Shown in pieces: positions 60,500-64,000 of a DNA stretch of 64,000 nucleotides. How positions within the stretch are numbered: position 1 is the stretch's first letter; every line of letters begins with the position of its first letter. Origin of the DNA: Candidatus Bathyarchaeota archaeon (lineage in GTDB: Archaea; Thermoproteota; Bathyarchaeia; Bathyarchaeales; Bathycorpusculaceae); NCBI GenBank assembly GCA_963715865.1, contig OY970280.1, positions 128,001 to 192,000 on the forward strand, given 5' to 3'. The notes beneath the pieces are model-generated. The model was not told where the DNA came from and made no database searches. It worked only from the letters and a program-made list of their open reading frames with translations. The translations under genes and the position numbers were made by a program.

Positions 60500-60672
60500 T
60501 CCCCGTGATGAAACATCACAAACTGATCGGAATAATAGTTGTTTCCGACTTCGCAAAACACCTCACCAAAAAACACTCACCGAAACCGTACTCGAAGCTT
60601 GTCTGGCGCTACCCCACACCCCAATAACTCGCTCAGTTTAGCAATCCTTTGGACTTGCATAAATCGAAAGCG
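60500..60672 (+). pseudogene. Remnant of the 3' end and downstream flank of the CBS gene 38723-39148
   Basis: Aligns with 39022-39194, with indels. Confidence 0.88.
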
Positions 60673-60745
60673 GGCTCTCAGAGTCTTCTTATTTTGATGT
60701 TAACCATTCTTCTGGCTCTACTATATTGTTTAGTAAGACTTAATA

Positions 60746-61377
60746 ATGTGCTCGTTGTCGCATATACTAAAGTCACAACAGCCTGGAGCGAAAAAAACCT
60801 TAACTAACCAACAAAAATCACAACCCCCTCAAAAAAGCATAAAAAAAATACGCGCAATCAAAATAATCACCATTGTCCTTGCTTTAAGCGTTTGCTTAAC
60901 CTGCGGGCTACTATCAAACACTCAGGGCCTAAATCATGGATGACCAAAGGCGCATATGCAACATATGAAGGGCAAGCAAGCATTTTATCGACTACAGTCA
61001 CCTTCAACGCAAAAATAGAAATAACCGACATCAACCAAACTCATGCACAAATCCAAACATACATAAACATGTCATCACCGTACGGTTCAACTGAAAACAG
61101 TACCACCGTCTGGGTTAATTTATCAAACATGACCTTCCAACCAGAAGGCTTAACCCTAAACAACACATACAACACGCAAATCTCAACAACAAACATCGGA
61201 ACCCGAAGTTGCACAGTTTACGAATATACAAGCCAAGAAATCAGCGCAACATACTACATAGATAACACAATACAATGGCCAATCAAGATGACGATAACTC
61301 CTCCAGTCCTTGATGGACAATCTTACAGCATGGACCTAAACTTGGTAGAATCAAACATATCTGGATTAGAAACATAA
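60746..61377 (+). CDS. Membrane-anchored/secreted beta-rich hypothetical protein (frameshift at ~60925)
   Basis: Hydrophobic anchor in ORF 60746-60943; T/S/N-rich WMTKGAYATYEG.. domain in ORF 60892-61377. Confidence 0.55.
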
Positions 61378-61883
61378 GCACTTTTGCAAGTAACCGTTTT
61401 TTGACTAAATTTTTTCCTCAGCATTTGTATTATCAAATTTTTTTCAGGCTCTTGAAATGTAATCTATTATTACTCTTCATCTTGAATATTCATAGAATCA
61501 TACTTGTATGTCTTGAATCATGTATACGCCTAAACCCGACCTGTTTTTTCCAAATTTATGCAGATCTATCAGAGTCTATGAGATAGGTGAGAGAGTAGGA
61601 GTTCAATCAGCGTACAAACGGATTAACCTCCGAATCAGCTCAAAATGATTCTGGATTATGCTGACGAAATAGGAATTTTACGACCACAAATAATGGCTTT
61701 TCGAAAACTTGGTGTATTATTTTTCCGAATGCTCTTCTTGGCGGAGTGCCCCATTTTCCCTTGTATAATTTGCAGTTTCGTTTCCAGTCTTTCCCTGAAA
61801 AACATATGTAGCACTTTTCCGACTGAAGGCTTTTGTATCTCTATTAACATTAACATATGGTTGAACTCTGCGGAGAGAACTTG

Positions 61884-62228
61884 ATGAATCTATCCAAGAT
61901 TGAGGATGCTGCTACTCTGATTAAAGTACTGCGCGAAATGGGGATGAGTTATCAGGAAACCGTGAGCTTGTTGAGCACGTCCCTGAATGAAGCAAAGGGA
62001 GCTAAGAAACTGTTTAGAGGAGAAAACAAAGGACCCATTTCACCACTGATCAAGTTAGGAATAACCGTTTTTTTGGTTCCAGTGCCAGTTATTAGCGAGA
62101 GTCTTGGAATCATATTGATGTCCGCTGGAGTGTTTCAATCCAAGGTTAAAGGACCGCCGATTCAAATCGAGGATGTGTACGAAACGTGTCAACAAATTAC
62201 CAAAGAACTAGGAAAAATGAAACTCTAG
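61884..62228 (+). CDS. Hypothetical membrane-associated protein
   Basis: LIKLGITVFLVPVPVISESLGIILM hydrophobic hairpin. Confidence 0.55.
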   Translation: MNLSKIEDAATLIKVLREMGMSYQETVSLLSTSLNEAKGAKKLFRGENKGPISPLIKLGITVFLVPVPVISESLGIILMSAGVFQSKVKGPPIQIEDVYETCQQITKELGKMKL

Positions 62229-62305
62229 TTTGGCGTGAACGCATCAGAATTGTTAAGTGAAAGTTTTTAAGTGCTGGCAATTAAGAATTTTTAGGGTGAT
62301 AAGAA

Positions 62306-62464
62306 ATGTCCAGTGAAATGGAGAAAATTAAGAAAAGACTTGATGAACTTGAAGCACACATAAAGAAACACAGTTCCGAAGAGGTACATTCAGACAAGAA
62401 AAGGCTTGACGATTTAGAGTCTCGATTGAAGGCTTTAGAAGAAAAAGCCAAAAAGAAACTGTAA
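62306..62464 (+). CDS. 52-aa coiled-coil microprotein
   Basis: MSSEMEKIKKRLDELEAHIKKH..KKRLDDLESRLKALEEKAKKKL; GGGTGA RBS. Confidence 0.65.
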   Translation: MSSEMEKIKKRLDELEAHIKKHSSEEVHSDKKRLDDLESRLKALEEKAKKKL

Positions 62465-62585
62465 CTTTATTAACGCAGCTTGCTTTCTGTCTCTCAAGTC
62501 CTCTTTTTCTTTCAGTGGCTCTCCCCTGCGCTGATCTGTCGTCTCAGCACTCGCCTTTTAAAGCGTTTTAGCTACAAACTTCTCT

Positions 62586-62699
62586 ATGCTCGACTTATCC
62601 AGACCTTGCGATGCTTGCGGCAAAATGATTGGCGGCGGCTTCAAGCACTGCCCCAAATGCCAAATCTACTTCTGCTTTCATAATGAAAGAGTTCCATGA
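62586..62699 (+). CDS. Small Zn-finger-like ORF or remnant (CDAC..CPKC..CFH)
   Basis: 37 aa read manually. Confidence 0.3.
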   Translation: MLDLSRPCDACGKMIGGGFKHCPKCQIYFCFHNERVP

Positions 62700-62991
62700 C
62701 AAATTACAGATAATACCGATATTCTCTCAGGTACGTGGTGATTTTGGCAGATACCCTTCCGTCAAGCTAGAGAATCCGCAAGACTTCGAATTCATTCAGT
62801 TTAAGCAGGCAATACTTTGGCTAAAAAAAGCCTTGAATGACTCCTAACCATTAACCGTTATCCTACTGTGCTGAAATGTAGTTTCAACCCTTCCTTTTTT
62901 TGACCCTTTTAATTCTATGGGTATACAAAAAGAAAGTTTGATTAGAACTCAGCAATTCTATGTTACTCATGATAAAGAGTGGCTATTGGGT

Positions 62992-63333
62992 ATGAGAAAA
63001 CGTAAAATACTATTTGTTTGTGGATGCAACGTTGACAGGAGCCCCACTGCTGAAGACCTCTTTAAGAAAGCGGAAAACCTCGAAGTCAAATCTGCCGGTG
63101 TTTCATATGGCGCTACGGTTCCGCTAACGCGGGAGTTGGTTGAGTGGGCAGACGAAATCTACGTGATGGAATTCAAGCATCAGCAAGCCGTACTCAAAAT
63201 GGTTCCTTCCGCATGGAAAAAAGTTGAATCTCTCGAAATCCCCGACATATACTACAGAGATCAACCTGAATTAAGGCAGTTAATTGTCGAGAAGATGAAA
63301 CCTTACATTAGTTGTTCCGCCCGAATGCCCTAA
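62992..63333 (+). CDS. Low-molecular-weight protein tyrosine phosphatase family
   Basis: LFVCGCNVDRS (CX5R), SAGV and IPD. Confidence 0.88.
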   Translation: MRKRKILFVCGCNVDRSPTAEDLFKKAENLEVKSAGVSYGATVPLTRELVEWADEIYVMEFKHQQAVLKMVPSAWKKVESLEIPDIYYRDQPELRQLIVEKMKPYISCSARMP

Positions 63334-63441
63334 GAGTACTTTACGGTTTTTAATTGTAGTAGCTTAGCCAAGTTTTTATGGGTGATAAATCTTAAATCTG
63401 CACAGCATGAAATAGACTGACTGGGAATAGAGAGCTAAATT

Positions 63442-63654
63442 ATGCAAAAGAATAAAGTGTCACATAATGCGGCACTTGCTTCAATAATCTTCTGGGTGAT
63501 AAGTCTATTCGTTCTCGGAATCTTTTGTGAATTTATCGGGATTGTGTTAGGAGTCTATGCTGTGGCGAAAAGCAAAGACAAATGGGGCTACGTAGGTCTC
63601 ACACTTGGAATCATAGGAGCCGTCTTTAGCATTATTGGACTATTACTGCCATGA
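63442..63654 (+). CDS. Small two-TM membrane protein (DUF4190-like)
   Basis: ALASII..GIVLGVYA..GLTLGIIG pattern. Confidence 0.65.
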   Translation: MQKNKVSHNAALASIIFWVISLFVLGIFCEFIGIVLGVYAVAKSKDKWGYVGLTLGIIGAVFSIIGLLLP

Positions 63655-63831
63655 TAAAGATTAATTTTATTTTTATCTCTCAATTTGAACCCTCATGACA
63701 GCGGAGATGTCTCCCGCAAACCCCTTTTTTCTTCTTTGGAGGTTCAAAGGGAACCATAGAAACTCGCGTGCTACTCATGTAGTATTGCAACTCTAAAAGT
63801 TATTAAACAAAGATTAACATCACAAATTGTT

Positions 63832-64000
63832 ATGAAACCAAACGAAGGCAGACTTCAAACTGCAGAGCACATTCTTGCAAGGACGTTGGAACGAAGGTTT
63901 TCGGACGCAAAATTCATCATTGCTAAGTTTGAAGAGAACTCTGGATATATGGAAATTGCAACCAAAGAGGACTTGCGGAAAATCAACAGAGCATTACTGC
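63832..64000 (+). CDS. Possible AlaX-like tRNA-editing domain protein, 3' truncated
   Basis: RLQTAEHIL resembles the HTAEHL motif; runs off the window. Confidence 0.45.
   Translation, partial: MKPNEGRLQTAEHILARTLERRFSDAKFIIAKFEENSGYMEIATKEDLRKINRALL

Noticed and set aside
61401-61884. Short overlapping ORFs on both strands
   Set aside because: No consistent frame, RBS or recognisable motif
24172-64000. Provirus or integrative element at tRNA-Pro
   Set aside because: No integrase, capsid, terminase, replication gene or att duplication was recognised in the window

Overview
Archaeal chromosomal segment, most consistent with Bathyarchaeia (TACK); this is inferred from gene content and style. 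The first ~24 kb is core genome: an almost complete Aeropyrum-type modified mevalonate and isoprenoid operon (mvk, UbiD-type decarboxylase, two aconitase X subunits, ipk, fni, idsA), gltX, SRP19, rps8e, an smc-scpA-scpB operon, an ABC-2 exporter, a PolB2 cassette (inactive RadA-like protein, small helical protein, PolB2) and tRNA-Pro(UGG). The remaining ~40 kb is accessory. It holds a cluster of unannotated microproteins (24-30 kb) and a ~27 kb alpha-glucan, glycolysis, compatible-solute and ion-homeostasis island (gpgS/gpgP, NhaP, dPGM, pyk, YHS-fused glucan phosphorylase, P3A H+-ATPase, phosphohexomutase, a broken pgk, class I aldolase, bacterial-type PfkA, GT4, D-2-hydroxyacid dehydrogenase, sugar porter, GH15). 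The island lies between inverted paralogous modules and contains a 78-bp direct-repeat-bounded cassette. Single-base frameshifts in essential genes (gltX, idsA) suggest sequence errors, so single-lesion pseudogene calls are uncertain. No CRISPR array, rRNA, integrase or transposase was recognised.
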